From: Pavona decussata
Lineage: Eukaryota
Direction of reading: 5' to 3'
NCBI GenBank assembly: GCA_977016875.1
Contig: CDRNST010000049.1
Location: 2,170,001 to 2,234,000, forward strand
DNA length: 64,000 bases
The position numbers and the translations under genes are program-made. How positions within the stretch are numbered: position 1 is the stretch's first letter; every line of letters starts with the position of its first letter. Shown here piece by piece: positions 44,774-57,895 of this stretch. The notes under the pieces are model-generated. The model did not search any database and was not told where the DNA came from. It saw only the letters and a program-made list of their open reading frames with translations.

Positions 44774-46694
44774 TAAACCAGATATGTTTCCCACGGAGCA
44801 AATATGACAAGTTTAGCGTCCTCAAGAACACAAAGAGTTGGCAACTCATCTTCAAGTTGTGCTTGATAGACTGATAACCATGGCGCTGGCTGCACTCATC
44901 AGTTAGGAAAATAACTCAAATTATTAGTAAACCACTATACGCGGTTCAACTTCCCATGTGCCTAAATGCAAATTAGCAAAACAGTAGCTTTTTTTACGTT
45001 GTTTTATTACTTATCTGCAATGTTTATAACACTATATATTATACAGACATATGTGCATACACTATATTTACTTCTTATACGATACTTACTCTACATTAAC
45101 GTACACTACTTACAATACATATATTACAATACAATTACACTAATCAAATTAAATTACAGTTGATCTGTTTACAATAACATTATTGTTTGTTTGTTAATTG
45201 TTCGAGTCACTTATAAGAATTTTGTTTGTTTCTATATAGGGTATTAATTTTCTAGAATTTAATAGAATATTGAATAAATAGGTAGCGAAAGGAAACAAAT
45301 CAAAATACAAAAGCTGAGAAGAAAAAAAAAGACAATACAATTTTATAAAGACAGAAAAAATTTAGTTTACTTTAATTTAATTTACGCAATAGCTTTTGTT
45401 CGGCACACGTTGAGTTCGACGTTTGAACCAAGCCCAAGTTTGGATTAATCATAGGTATGAAGAAACTGGACTTTATAGGCGATTGAAGTAGCCAAATTAC
45501 CAGTAAAGATCACTTAGATTAGAGACCGGTTCTGATTCTCGAATGATTACTATCAGTTGGCATAGTGAGTGAAATAGTTATCGGAGAATGCAACAGTATT
45601 TCCCTACGAGTAACACGGCTCAATAATTAGATAGTAATTTTATGTTTTTTCAAACTAGGTTTATTCTTATCCAATTCCCATTTTTATGTTTCTGATAGAT
45701 GATCTCTATGCACATTTTTATGTGGATTGTATATAGGAGGTGTAAAGGCCTCAGTTCAGTCGAAGGTTATCGTAGGTGCTAAAAAACCACATCCAAACAG
45801 GATTAAATTGAATTAGAAGAACACAGACAAGCAGATAAGATTTCCTAGCAACGTTTCAATAATGTGCCAACAATTATAACACTTACCTTTTTTAGCATCC
45901 TACACGATATCCTTTCCTCCTTTATGCTTAGCTGAATTTCTAGAAAATGCTTGTAGTCTGTCGGTGTCTTTTTAGGTAGCTGATCAATTCGAAACTCCAA
46001 CGTCCTTTTCTCAGCCAATTGAACTTTCATAGATTTGCTTGGTCAAAATTTCCGCCTTATAAGGCCAAAAATTGGTTTCAAATACCCTACCCAAGTGCCT
46101 TGGTTGACGTTTAAATGCCCTTCCCCAAGACCTGCTATTCAAGGTATAAAATCTACAAATCATTACACTCATATGTGTCATATATACCTCGCAAAATACC
46201 ACAAAGCTTTTGAAGTCCTATTTTTTGTGCCCCAATCGTTCAATATATTGTAAAAGTTTCTCATAATTAAACCACCACGTGTATTCCGTCGGACGAAGCA
46301 CGTTATTAACTCGACTCCTGCCATTCAAGTTCTTAGCCTATCGAGCAAAGTTCAAATTGCCCAACTCCCTGGGGTATATCCGTGGGGATGGATATTGAAG
46401 TTTCGAATTGATCGAAACTTAACGAGAATGCAAGACAGTAGAAGTTAACCCAAGTGTACCCATTAATTATACGGCAGTAACTTTGGGAAAATTTGAACAC
46501 TTACTCAAGGGAGGCGAACATGACATTCGTGGTTACATAATGTAATGACAAGGCAAGAGGGGGTGTTGGAGAATTGCAAAGGTTATGCAAATCACACAGC
46601 AGGCAAACATAGGCACTTTTAATTTCTCCTGGACTCCAAAGAGATAAGGGAGATCGTTTGAAAGGAAACTGTGGCGTTGCATCAGTTGGCAGTT

Positions 46695-47400
46695 GAAACG
46701 AATGCTTGGTTATATAAAGAGAATTGATAAGGTAATTTGGCCACCTTAAAAAGATTCGAGATTTGACGTTTCGAGCGTTAGCGCTTCGTCAAAGCGAATC
46801 AAGAAATTGCGGTTTACATAGTGAGTTGTAAAGCTACGCTATTGGTGGGTGCATGGTTACGTGGAAGACAGAAATAACTTAGTCGAATGAAAAGCGTTGG
46901 TTGATTCTGTGGGGATCGAGTGCTAATTTGAATAAAAGCTGAGCCAAAACTTCATCCTCCAAATTTGCACTCTAAGTCTAACAGACAAAGCCCATCATTT
47001 GCTAGTTTTAAAAGAGTGTTAAGAAATGTAAGTAGTCTTTAGTCTAATTTTTATATATTCATATATTAGTCTTTAATTAATTTTTTTTGTTCTTTTTTAA
47101 TTTTCGAGGACTCTTTTGTAAATCACTTATTAGTGAAATTGATTTCCTCAATAAAGATTATTATTATTAACTCCACACGAAATCAAGGAAAGCTTTTCCT
47201 TCGGCTAATTTATTTTTGTTTCCCAGGTTACCATGATCCCACCAATACCGTAGCTCCACTGCTCACTAACCACATACGACCCACAATTCCTTGATTCGCT
47301 CTGACGAAGGGCTCACGCTAGAAACGTCAGTACTCAAATCTCCTTTTACGGTGGCCAAATTACCTTGTTATGTCAGTTTATAAAACCAAATATCCGTCTC
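46695..47400. mobile_element. Inverted pair of Penelope-like terminal repeats with degenerate hammerheads; LINE tail inside (about 46935-47168)
   Basis: 46728-46815 is the imperfect reverse complement of 47280-47366. CTGACGA-AGGGCTCACGCTA-GAAACGTC at 47301-47328. Confidence 0.65.
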
Positions 47401-47989
47401 TTAGACTCCCTCAACTCTTTGCATTGGGTTATGTATCAACAATGGCAGCCATTTCAAATTTAAGTGAAACAGAGCACTGAAGTCGTTACAAGACACCATT
47501 CGCGTTTTAAAAACTCGTCTAAAAGTGTTTGTTTATCAGTCAAAGCGCGGATTAGGTGATTGTGTGCAGGTGTGCGCAAACTGTACAGTGCTTTATTAAA
47601 GTAGAAGTAGATTAAGTATTTCTAAATGACTGATGGTTTCTGTAGTCATAATTGTTGTCTCTACTAATATTAGCACTTGCAATGAAGACGTCCAAGAGAA
47701 GGCATAAAAAGTCAAATTTCTGAGCTAAAATAGCTTATTCCCGTTTCTAGCACAATTTTAATTTGTTACAGAGTTTACGTAGGCTATCTAATTTTTACTA
47801 TTCGCATACTATTCTAGAAAAAGTATTTTTGTTAAAGCATAGTTAACAGTATATGATATCCTGACTTTATTATGCCATAGCTATGCAGCACGATGCTGTC
47901 ATAGGCTTCAGAAGTCTTTGTACTCTTACTATTGAAATTCATGAACAGAGACGGGAATCGCTGTAAGCGCGAATTTGCGAGCCGTGAAG

Positions 47990-48115
47990 CGTGGAAAGCT
48001 CAGTGGTAGAGCATCTGAATTTGTAATCGACAGGTCATATGTTCGCATCCATTTAGGAGTACGTTGATTTCTTTTTTTCCGAGTATGCCTGTGTGACTCA
48101 CTGAATAATACATCA
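47990..48115 (+). mobile_element. tRNA-derived SINE (degenerate)
   Basis: AGCTCAGTGGTAGAGCA A-box and GTTCGCATCC B-box-like; no acceptor stem. Confidence 0.6.
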
Positions 48116-51100
48116 TTGTAGGTGTATATAACAAACTTTTTGCCCTCTAGCCCTTTTCTCTTAACAGCTCCTTTATCCTTGATACTCTTTCTATTTTATA
48201 TGCGTGCTTATTCATTACTTTACTTCTGCCCGAGTTCCTTTTACTTGATCTATGATAATGATGATTATTTTTAAACCTTTAAAACAGACACCGCTAACAC
48301 GAGCACTCAAAAGAGGCGCATAGTGGCTCCAACACACCGTTTTCGCATCCTTTAGATCTCTGTTGACACATGGAACTAGCTTAGCGTTGAGGCTCATGAA
48401 AGGAAGTATTTTCAGATGTAATTTGTGTGGTCTGACATATCGTCAACATCTATCATGCATGGTTGAATTCTTACTTTTACCATTCACCCACACCCCACAG
48501 GCACATCCCTGGGGTTTTGCCATTTATTCATTACTTGAGGCTCATTTGCAATACCCGAGACTCTGGTCAATCGGTTAAAAATAAAACTGCTTCATTTTAC
48601 GTGAAGATTGAAATATTCATTTCTGTATTTTTTTCTCAAACGTACGCTGTTTTAAAACAATCGAAAGGCTTACAAAGTAGAGTAAATAAACTCTAAACAC
48701 AAAAACCTTGGAGAGACTAAAGAAGGAAAAAGCCCTGAGAACTAGGTTGCCTTCTCAAAACGAGTCAGTAACAGCATTGTGATTTGCCAGACAACTTTTT
48801 CTGGCCAATCAAAATCGGGGAATTCAAATGCCTCTGGAACTGGTACGATAATAGTAATTGCCCAGGGGCTTTCCGGTTCTTACAGTACACTTTCGCCCAC
48901 GAAAATCTCTTCCACCCGACTAATTGCCCCTGGGTCTCTTAGGATGGCCAAAGCTAAACGGGAAGGCTAGTTCCATATCTAATGATGTGAATCAGTTCCA
49001 AAAACCTTACGCACGTGTCTTACGCATGCGTACAGCCAAATTACTAGGGGAGTGGCAGTCATTGACAGGCATTTTCCTTGTTTGGACTCAACAGCGTGGT
49101 TTGGCCCCAGGCTGAGACCAGGACTTGAAAGACAACACGTATTAGTTGGACTACGAACAGTCCCTTGTATTTTTAGGGAAAATAAAAAGAGCGGACCAAG
49201 AGCGCGCGCGAAAATTGCCTCACGGAGGAAGCCATTTCCGTCCTAAATGCTCGCATGGTTCCCTAAGAAAAAAAAGAGACAGTTCGCAATCTACGCATTA
49301 CTGTCTTTAAATGTGACCTTGGAGCTACAAATATTTTCTCGACCCAGGTGCTCGTATTTATTTTCTCCTCATTTTGCTGTATGATTGTCCGTGGCTGACA
49401 AAGATAACCCATTGACTTAACAAACGAGGAGTATTTCTTTCTTTAATTCTGGAGACAATATACCCCACGAAGAGTAGGAGTTAATTTCCATCTTTCCCTG
49501 TGGTGTTTACGCTGTAAACAATGCCTAAGTCTCAGCCAACAGTGTGGCTGTGGATAGTGTGGGGTTGGCGTTTAGGGTTGCCTTGCATCCGCTTAGGCAG
49601 TAGATGGCGCTTGCAAGGAGTCTGACTTATGCTGACAAGGCCTGATAACACCGAAGCCCGGTTGATATGGCTATGCACAGGCGTGAGGTACAGGCCATAC
49701 CGCGGAGCTGTATATGTGTAGTGTGACCATTACAATATAAACGGTTAGCCAGAAGTCGATCATCCGGAGCATTCAACCTCCATACACATTGTCATGGACA
49801 GGCTCAAAGGTAGTTTTACGCAAATATTAAAACACGAATGTGGTGCTACCCTTTCCAATAACTGACGATGTAAGTAAATGTACCAGTAAATTCCTCAAGA
49901 TGGCAATGGCTGGGAAAAATAAATCGTAAAGCGGCTGCATGCATGCGTAGGGCAGTTTGTCGGTATCCTTCCATCCAAAATTCGGATAAAACGCAGTCAA
50001 ATGCCAAATCAATAAGAAATTTAGTCAGTTAAAGATAAGATATTTACTTTGGCAGCTCAAAGGTAGTACTTTTCTGTGAGTTTTCTAAAGTGAAGTACGT
50101 GGGGACTCATCGGCGCTGTGTCTGTGTTTACTGTTTGAATGCGTGACATTAGGAAAACCTATTCACCAAACCGGAATAGTCATGAACTTATTTAGTACTC
50201 AGAGGCTCACAAAAAATTATCAGCTTTGAACTCTTAAAGTAGACTGCAAAAAGTACCTCTTTTGCTCGAAAATCAGGAGGGAAGAACGCAAAAGACTGAG
50301 CTGAGTGAACACGATATTCGAGTGGGTGTCGAAGCCGCGATTCGCGCGCGCGCGAATATCGTGCTCGCTTCAGGCTTGAGTTAGAGAGAGACTACTTGCA
50401 GTCCACTCTCAAAGTAATAATCTTATTTTTAAGGTGATTCCTGCAAAATAAAAATTGACGTAAAATTTTCTCAAACTTTCTGTGATTTTTCACTAATGTA
50501 TTATTTCAAGATGTATATGAAAAAAAGATAGGTCACCGTGTCCGCGAAAGAGCTACGATCCACTCAATTTACTCCATAATCGCTTGCTATATTTGCTTTT
50601 AAAAATGAGTTAATTTAATCAATTATTGCTTGTCTGGTGGTAACCTAGAAGTTAGATAGATAAAGCAGAACTAAGAAAAAATGTTATACATAGAATTATG
50701 AAGCATAATCGGCAAATTAAGATAAATTTCTAGGCAAGGAAGCACAAGATGAAGCAGTATAGACCCAAAACGTTTCTTGCGTGCGATTTCTCAGTGTCAT
50801 TATTATTATGCATCAGTCGATCCCAGCTGTATCGGCCATCCCCCGAGCAATAGCGGGGAATTTCCCACACTTTCCATCCCGGGGGTCAGGCATTAGCCTT
50901 CCATCCAAATATCCCAGGGCATTTCTGTGACCTTCTCACATTTTCACTTTACTGCATTGTTTCTTCTTTTAATGACCAATTCGTTTCGCAAATTCAATAA
51001 GTTTTTTCTTTACGTCTGGATAAGACATAAATGGGACACTAGAGCTGTAGAATGAAGTATTTTTACAATACTATGGGAATCAAGACCCAGCAAGGACTAA

Positions 51101-51859
51101 ATTTGGCCTGGATAAACTTAGATTTTACTGAAAGAAAGACAAGAGACGAAGAAAACAAAACATTTTTGAGCCACTACCCCGGGGCATTTGAACAACTTTT
51201 TGTCCGGCCGTAGGGCATTTGCTAGTTTATTTTTAAAAAATTCTTATTACCGGGGGCCGGTGGCCCGTGGATGGGACCGTTGGAATTGACTTGTGCATTA
51301 TGTCTGTGACTTGCTGAAAAGCTAAGAGGTCAATAGATAAATTAAAATAGTGAGATAAAAAAAGATAGGTCACGCTGCTCGTTTGGAAGAAATAAACCAT
51401 TTTGTTATTGTGAAACGAAATACAAGGCTGATCGGACAATTAAAAAGGGTAATTTTATTGTCCAATATTTCGGTTAGACAAAACAAACTTTTTTCGGGGG
51501 CTGTAAAAAGCTAAGTTAAATTGGAAATAAACGGCTACAATATTTAAAATGATACTAATAAAATGATGAGATATGATTGGTTGATAAACATAGAAAGCAG
51601 AAACGTGTGCATACGCCATGATAAAAATAGAGATATAGACAGAGTTTCATCGCGTCTGTTCATCCCATAGAGTTCAACACTCTTGCCCGTGGAAAATTAA
51701 AAATGTTTCTTTAGCTTTGCTTTTTTGACGTTTCTGCTTTCTATATTGGGCAATAAAGTTACAATAAAATCTGCAATTCCACAGCGACAAACCAATGAGT
51801 GGTGCCGGATCACTTGTAGACCTGGATCAGCAAATTATCTCAAATACAAAATATTAACG

Positions 51860-52410
51860 GCAGACTGATCCCAACGGCGGAGGTGACGAGCTTGAGAGAA
51901 CAAACAGCAAAAGCTAGAATAACTGAAATCTATTTGTTTTTTAAAAAAAACAAATTTTTTTGTCCGATATTTCGGTTTGCAATACAAACCTTCCTCGGGG
52001 GCTGAACGAAAAAGAAAAGTGAGAAACACAAAAGGATCGTTACAAAGAAGATTTAAAATATAAAATGCGTGACAATGATTGGTAGTTTAGGACTAAGTTA
52101 CAAGTGTGAGACATGTCATTGGCGTGTTTCGTCACGTCTATTTATTCCAAGAGGGTGCAATGTTTTAGCTTTGTCGATTAAATGAGCTTCACGAGCCTTT
52201 CTAACTGAGTCACGTTTGCTGCGTATAAGTTCAAGCGGGATTAGTTGGACGTCGTTGATTGAGTGGCCAGGTTGGTTGAAATGTAGCGAGACAGGAGTAG
52301 GGTTGAGTAGTTGATGGTGATTCAGGATAGATCTGCGATGCTCCCCGAAACGTTCATTAAGTTTGCGCTTTGTCTCCCCAATGTATTGGGAGTGGCACTT
52401 CTTACATTGA
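51860..52410 (-). mobile_element. Penelope-like GIY-YIG 3' fragment with variant hammerhead
   Basis: Reverse translation YIGETKRKLNERFGEHRRSI...PVSLHFNQPGHS...REAHLI..AKTLHPLGIN. CCGAGGA-AGGTTTG..CAAACC-GAAA at about 51968-51996 on the - strand. Confidence 0.78.
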
Positions 52411-52599
52411 ATTTTGAGTGGAAAAACATACAGAGATCTCTCGCTCCAAAAATGGAAGAAATTGAATAAAACCCTGAAAAGTTATCTTTGCCACCATTTT
52501 GGTGTTCTCGTGAAATTTAAAATTTTAAGAAATAATAATTTAAAGTTTGTAAACTGATTTTTAAGATTGTCATACAGTTGCCATAAAAAAAACAACTGT

Positions 52600-55152
52600 T
52601 CAAAACTGTCCAGGGCCATAGTTTACACCCTCTTTCTGCTTGGGCTTATCATCTTTTCTTTTCTTAAGGCCTCTGATGACTTTTCTTCTCGTCTTCGTGC
52701 TTGGCTTGCTTTGATGTTGCGCAACATGTATTCTGAGCTGATCTTGAAGTCTGCAACCCTCCTCAGTATATTTGCCAGGAGGGATGCCTAGGGCTTGAAA
52801 AAGCTCAATGACAGTAATTGAGCCAATATTGAAATGGGCAATTGCATCATACAGGCCTAATTGTAATGTCTCACTTCCAACATAGACTTCCTTAGAAATT
52901 CTCTGCCTCACCATCCCATTCAAGGACTCGTTTTGATTCTGTGTCTTGCCATGCAGGCACTTCTTGAGCAAGTTGTCCTCACTAAGCCTGACATATTGTG
53001 GCTTTAGCTCTTTGATCACAGCTAAGGAAAGGCTAGCCTCCCACGCAGTCGTTTTTAGGGGACTCGTATTACCTCCTCCCCACAAACGCCTGCTTACCCA
53101 AGCGCCACATTCCTTTCCGCCGCTAAGCCAATCACATTGAACCTTCTAAAATCTGGAAGGTTGACCTTGACCTCAGAACGCCTCTCCCGGGAAGAGTGAA
53201 AAACATCACGGCGGAGACAGAACTTGACCGAGCTTACGTGAGCTTTCAGCACCGTGTGCCCTACGTTCAAAATTTCTCGTTTAAATGCCTATCAACTAAC
53301 TGCAATCGAAGAATTCGTGACGGGAAATAGCGATATTTTCGTCAATTTGCCGACTGGTTACGCAAAGTCGCTTTAATATTTATCAAGCTTTGCCTTCAAT
53401 CTTGTCGACCTTGTCGGTGTGGAGGAAACCGAAATGTTACCCGATGTGTCGGTAAACTTTAAAGATTTTGCAGTTGAAACTCGCTTTGTTGTTGTTATTC
53501 CAACTTAACTCCCTCATCTCTCTCAAGACTGTAACAGAGACTGTACAAACCTCGCGGGAAACGGAAGCGGCCATTGTAACCAGCAATTTGATTTGATGTT
53601 ATTAAACAATGCATCGATGGTGATTGGCTAGGGTGCTTGGGGAGCAAAACAATGGGAAAGGAATGTGGCGCTTGGGTAAGCAGGCGTTTGTGGGGAGGAG
53701 GTAATACGAGTCCCCTAAAAACGACTGCGTGGGAGGCTAAGGAAAGGACAGATCCATGCTTGTACAGGGTTGTACGACTGGCCTTGTCCTGCTGATACCT
53801 GCACCAGCTTGTACTCCCTGTTGGGCAATGGTCATGAAGAGGGCGTGCCTCACTTGATGCACAATACATGAGGCTAGCATGTATGGCTTTCTTCATCCCA
53901 GGCAAATTCCCCACATTAGAACTTATGGCTATGCCATAATAATTTTGAAGTTTATCAATTAGACTGTCAGTTAGTTTACCTTTGCCTCTGAGGCCTGGAT
54001 TGTCACGCTTTAATTTACGGAGAGTAGTTCCAACTCTCTTTTGCACATGACCAATGCATTCCTTCTTTTCTACTTCAATCCCAGCATCTTGATAGACACC
54101 CTTTACTCTGCTGTAACTCTTACTGTTCCCGACCCCATAAAATTCAGTGTACATGAGATTGTGCAACTCAACAGATCTTCGGAATATGCTGTCTGCTCCC
54201 TCTGGTTCCATAGCAGGTGCAGATCCCTGGAAATTTGCCTTGCATTTTGTGTGATCAGCTTTCCATGTCTGATATTCGAGAGAGGTTTTATTGAGGTGTT
54301 CATGGCGCTCACACTGTTTACATCTTTGGCTAAGGGCTTCCACATCAAGGACCTTTCCTGTGTCCATGGATATCACCGTGACACAACCATTGCGTGACGA
54401 GTAGCCTCTCTTTTGCCATGTGCCATCGCATGAAAAACCACAGTTGACAGGCTCAGCTCCAGACGAGTTGCTTTGCTTCTTAAGAGAAAAAACTTCTTCT
54501 CCTGCTTTCCTCATAGTTTCCTTTGCGATAACTTTGATATGACGGCCAATTACACATGAGTTGGAGAGAAACGCTTTCTCAGTAGGAGGTGGAGGCATAT
54601 TCATAACTGTGCAGAATTTCCTTGCACCAGCATATCCCTTTCCAAGAGTTCTCATGCCATAAACAAGGCGCCGATTTATTTCAAAACTCTTTCCTGGCTT
54701 CTTAGTTGTGCAAAAAGAGTGTTTCCACCCACACTGCTCGCAGAGCAAACGCAAAGTCGAGGCACATCCCTTCCGCTTCAAATTATCTTCTGTAAACAAA
54801 AGACTGAAATCGCCACATTCGCCACATCGTAGCTGCGAAAAAACAGACGATAGCACCTCCATATCACAGAACCTAAACCCTGTAATAGTTGGACTGATTC
54901 CCTTTGTTGGACTTTCGTCTAGCTTTGGTTTAGGCTTCTCTTCTTGGGCAGTTGATTGAAGCTTTCGGTACAAAGCCGAAGATTCCTTTGCTTCCTTTCA
55001 TTTCCTTTCCATCGAGTGACAAACCAACTACTGATCCACTTAAAGTGCTTTCCACGACTTCTAGTTCTTCGACGTTAACTCTTTGGTTATTTGTAAACCG
55101 ATTTCCATAGAATTTACGCTTCTTACGTCTCTGAGAGAGAAATTTTGACATT
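52600..55152 (-). pseudogene. Kolobok/Mutator-like DDE transposase pseudogene (frameshift near 54975, insertion at 53034-53739)
   Basis: DGTWQKRG.SS.NG, MEPEGA, KKECIGHVQKR, LQNYYG, HDHCP...SWC and CLHGKTQNQNESLN. The conserved GDGDS reads GVGNS. Putative terminus GTACCACCGTAA at about 56373-56384. Confidence 0.8.
53034..53739. mobile_element. Non-autonomous AcademH-like element with a RecQ helicase fragment
   Basis: About 84-bp near-perfect TIRs starting TAGCCTCCC. 9-bp TSD AGGAAAGGC/AGGAAAGGA. Internal LNAYQLTAIEEFVTGNSDIFVNLPTGYAKSL at 53281-53373. Confidence 0.78.
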
Positions 55153-55261
55153 TTGGACGTTAAACTTGTGATCACTGGTAAATTCACAGCTTTAGGATTT
55201 ATTTTTGATTTACAGGAATATCATGTAACGCAAGGCATTATATAACTAAATCTTTGCTGAA

Positions 55262-56049
55262 ATCAATTTATTATGCTTTAATCTATCCCTATATTTATTA
55301 TGGAAATATTGTTTGGGCTAATGCATACCCATCCATCTAAACAGGATATATAAACTACAAAAGAAAATTGTACGGATAATGACTTTCAAACCATACAATC
55401 ATAGCTCGAAACCATTATTTCATGAGTTGCAGATACTGAATGTATATCAAATTAATTATTACACCATTGCCATATTAACAAGACAATTCATAAATAATCA
55501 ATTACCTACTTCTTTAAAGAACATTTTCAGGACTAATGAAGATGTGCATAATTGTAATACACGATCAACCAAAAAATTACACGAGCCTTTAATCAAAACA
55601 AATATAAGAAAATTCAGTATAAGCTATAAGGGAGTAGATATATTTAATAACTTGCCAAGTGATCTTAAAAAAACCAGATGTCAATCAACTTTTAAACGAA
55701 AACTAAAAAACTTTATCCTTACAAATCAAATATAGATATAAACAATTCTTGTATTTTCTACTCTTCGCTAATTAGGATTTTTTCTCTTGATCTCTTTGAT
55801 GTTATTAGTATATCTTAGTTGTAGCTCGTTCCTTACCCTATTATAGGAATTTATAATTTAATGTAGATTAAGATAATTTCATATATCGCCAGAGTTATTA
55901 GTAACAGTTAGTAAGGGGGGTCTCCTCGATAAGCCTAGAAAGGCTTCTGAGACTTCCTGCTCAATGCTGTTACTTCAGTGATGAATGGAATATTGTAAAA
56001 GATGTTGATTTGGGGCAAATAAATAAATTTGAATTTGGAAAAAAAAAAA
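55262..56049 (+). mobile_element. 5'-truncated CR1/L2-group LINE 3' end
   Basis: IYYALIYPYIYYGNIVWAN...KLQKKIVRIMT...PLFHELQIL...FNNLPSDLK...FKRKLK, then 3'UTR, AATAAA and A-tail. Confidence 0.8.
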
Positions 56050-57718
56050 TGGCCGCGTGTTTACGGGTACTACCTCATGTAAGACTTAAATATTTTGTCC
56101 CGGGCCCCAGTCTCCCTGCAGATCATTTTCGGCGCCAAACGCTCTCTTCTACCCCCGGAAAATGGCCATTTTAAGGCCCAAAATGACGCGTAGACAAACG
56201 CGTTACCATAGCAACGAATCAGCAGCTCTTCGAAAACTGCTTTTTATCACTATATGCTATAGTAACATTCACAAAAAGACTTCAGGGGTAGAAAAACAAA
56301 AGCGTAAACGGGTCAAAACGAACAAAATAACTTTGCCAGATTTTTTTACGAAAAAATGCGATTTTTTTGTATAGTACCACCGTAAACGTGATGCTAAATC
56401 TCTCTAATGTTTTGAACCAGCTCGCGCTAAACGTAGGCTAATGAAAAAAAGAAAGAGAAAAGAAAAGAAAAGAAAAAATAAATAAAGAAGAAATTAAGCG
56501 CAGTAAGAATGGGCAATGCAATTGCGAATGAAATATTTTTTCTTGTTGTTCTTCTAACGAGAGAGCCGACTGGGGACGAGTCAGCTATTTTTTCCTTGTT
56601 TTCCTTCGCTTCTTCCCATGACACCCCGCGCGCCTCAACCATCCTCGTATCCAATCTTCTCACCCCACAAAACACGTAAATAGCGACTGGGTACGAGTCT
56701 GGGTTTCGCTTCTGGGAGTGACGAGCAAGGACCGTTTCAGGACCGTTTCAGGAAGCAGTTGTCTGCATTTCTTCAAACACGAGTGACTGATACTCCTTGA
56801 AGAATTGTTTGCGTAACAGTTGTTATGTTGGCCTGGCGTTTTCCCTTTCATAAGGTAAGGGAACTTTCATGTGCACAGCAGCACTCTCGATAAGCGTATG
56901 CCGGATGCCGGATGTAAATTAGCACTAAAACTCGCAACTGCATAATTTACTATACACTGTATCAGCTTAAGCTTATGTTTCCCTCGTTAGTCGTACTTAG
57001 TCAACCTATAAAAAACCAAATCGCAAGTTTGACCATCAATGAAGTATGGTCCGGTGGATTTGAAGGTTTTGAGCTATTGGGAAGCCTGCAGATCAGTGCA
57101 GACGAACACTTCCGGTTTCGTTCTTAGTACGAGTTAATCCATGCCAGTCTTCAGAGTATCGCAAAAGTCGACGAGATCTCGCGTGTGCTGCTCTGTTCTG
57201 TAGACTTGGAGACGGTCAGTTCAAGAGTCAGTTAGTCTCAAATAATTATTTGATGTTTGGGCTTTCAAGTATGCTGGTGCTGAAATAATGTAACAATTCC
57301 ACACAATAGATGCTAATAATTCTGGGAAAGGTTGAACTGTTTACTTTGGTCATCCTGATAATTTGTTTAGTTTAGCCTGTCTCTCATGAAATTAATTACT
57401 GTTACATACATACTTTATTGTTACCTCCCCAATGGGGCTTTTCAGGAACAATTATTTAAATACTTAAGTTACTAATAACTACACAATTAAAATTAATCAA
57501 ATTTAAAAAAAACAATTACAACATTATCTAAACTTACTAATCGAGAAAAATACTAAAAATAAATGAAGTTCAGGAAGTATTTCTTCTATTTTCCTATGAA
57601 AATAGCCGGGGGCCACATTCTTAGTAACCGGGGAAAATCCCTGGCCCCCGCCTCTTAATGACAGCCCTCCAAAGCTGAATTTTTCATGTATACAAAAACT
57701 AGATGAAATTATGTAGTA

Positions 57719-57895
57719 CAGTGGAACCCCGATTTTATGATCCTCAATCTTACAATATTCCTGATTTAACAACGTCAACGTTCTGTTTCCCGGCAACAGT
57801 TATTTATAAATCGGGAGTTCGTTTACAATGATATCCTGATTTAACGATATGATTTTACTGTCCCCTTGCCATATCATAAAATCGAGGTTCCACTG
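57719..57895. mobile_element. Tc1/mariner-type MITE
   Basis: TA|CAGTGGAACCCCGATTTTATGAT ... ATCATAAAATCGAGGTTCCACTG|TA. Confidence 0.85.

Noticed and set aside
47990-48060. tRNA genes here and at 8136-8205
   Set aside because: A/B-box remnants only; no cloverleaf or acceptor stem, so treated as SINE heads
53495-54973. Intact 492-aa transposase
   Set aside because: The C-terminus derives from an inserted element, the N-terminus is frameshifted, and GDGDS is mutated to GVGNS
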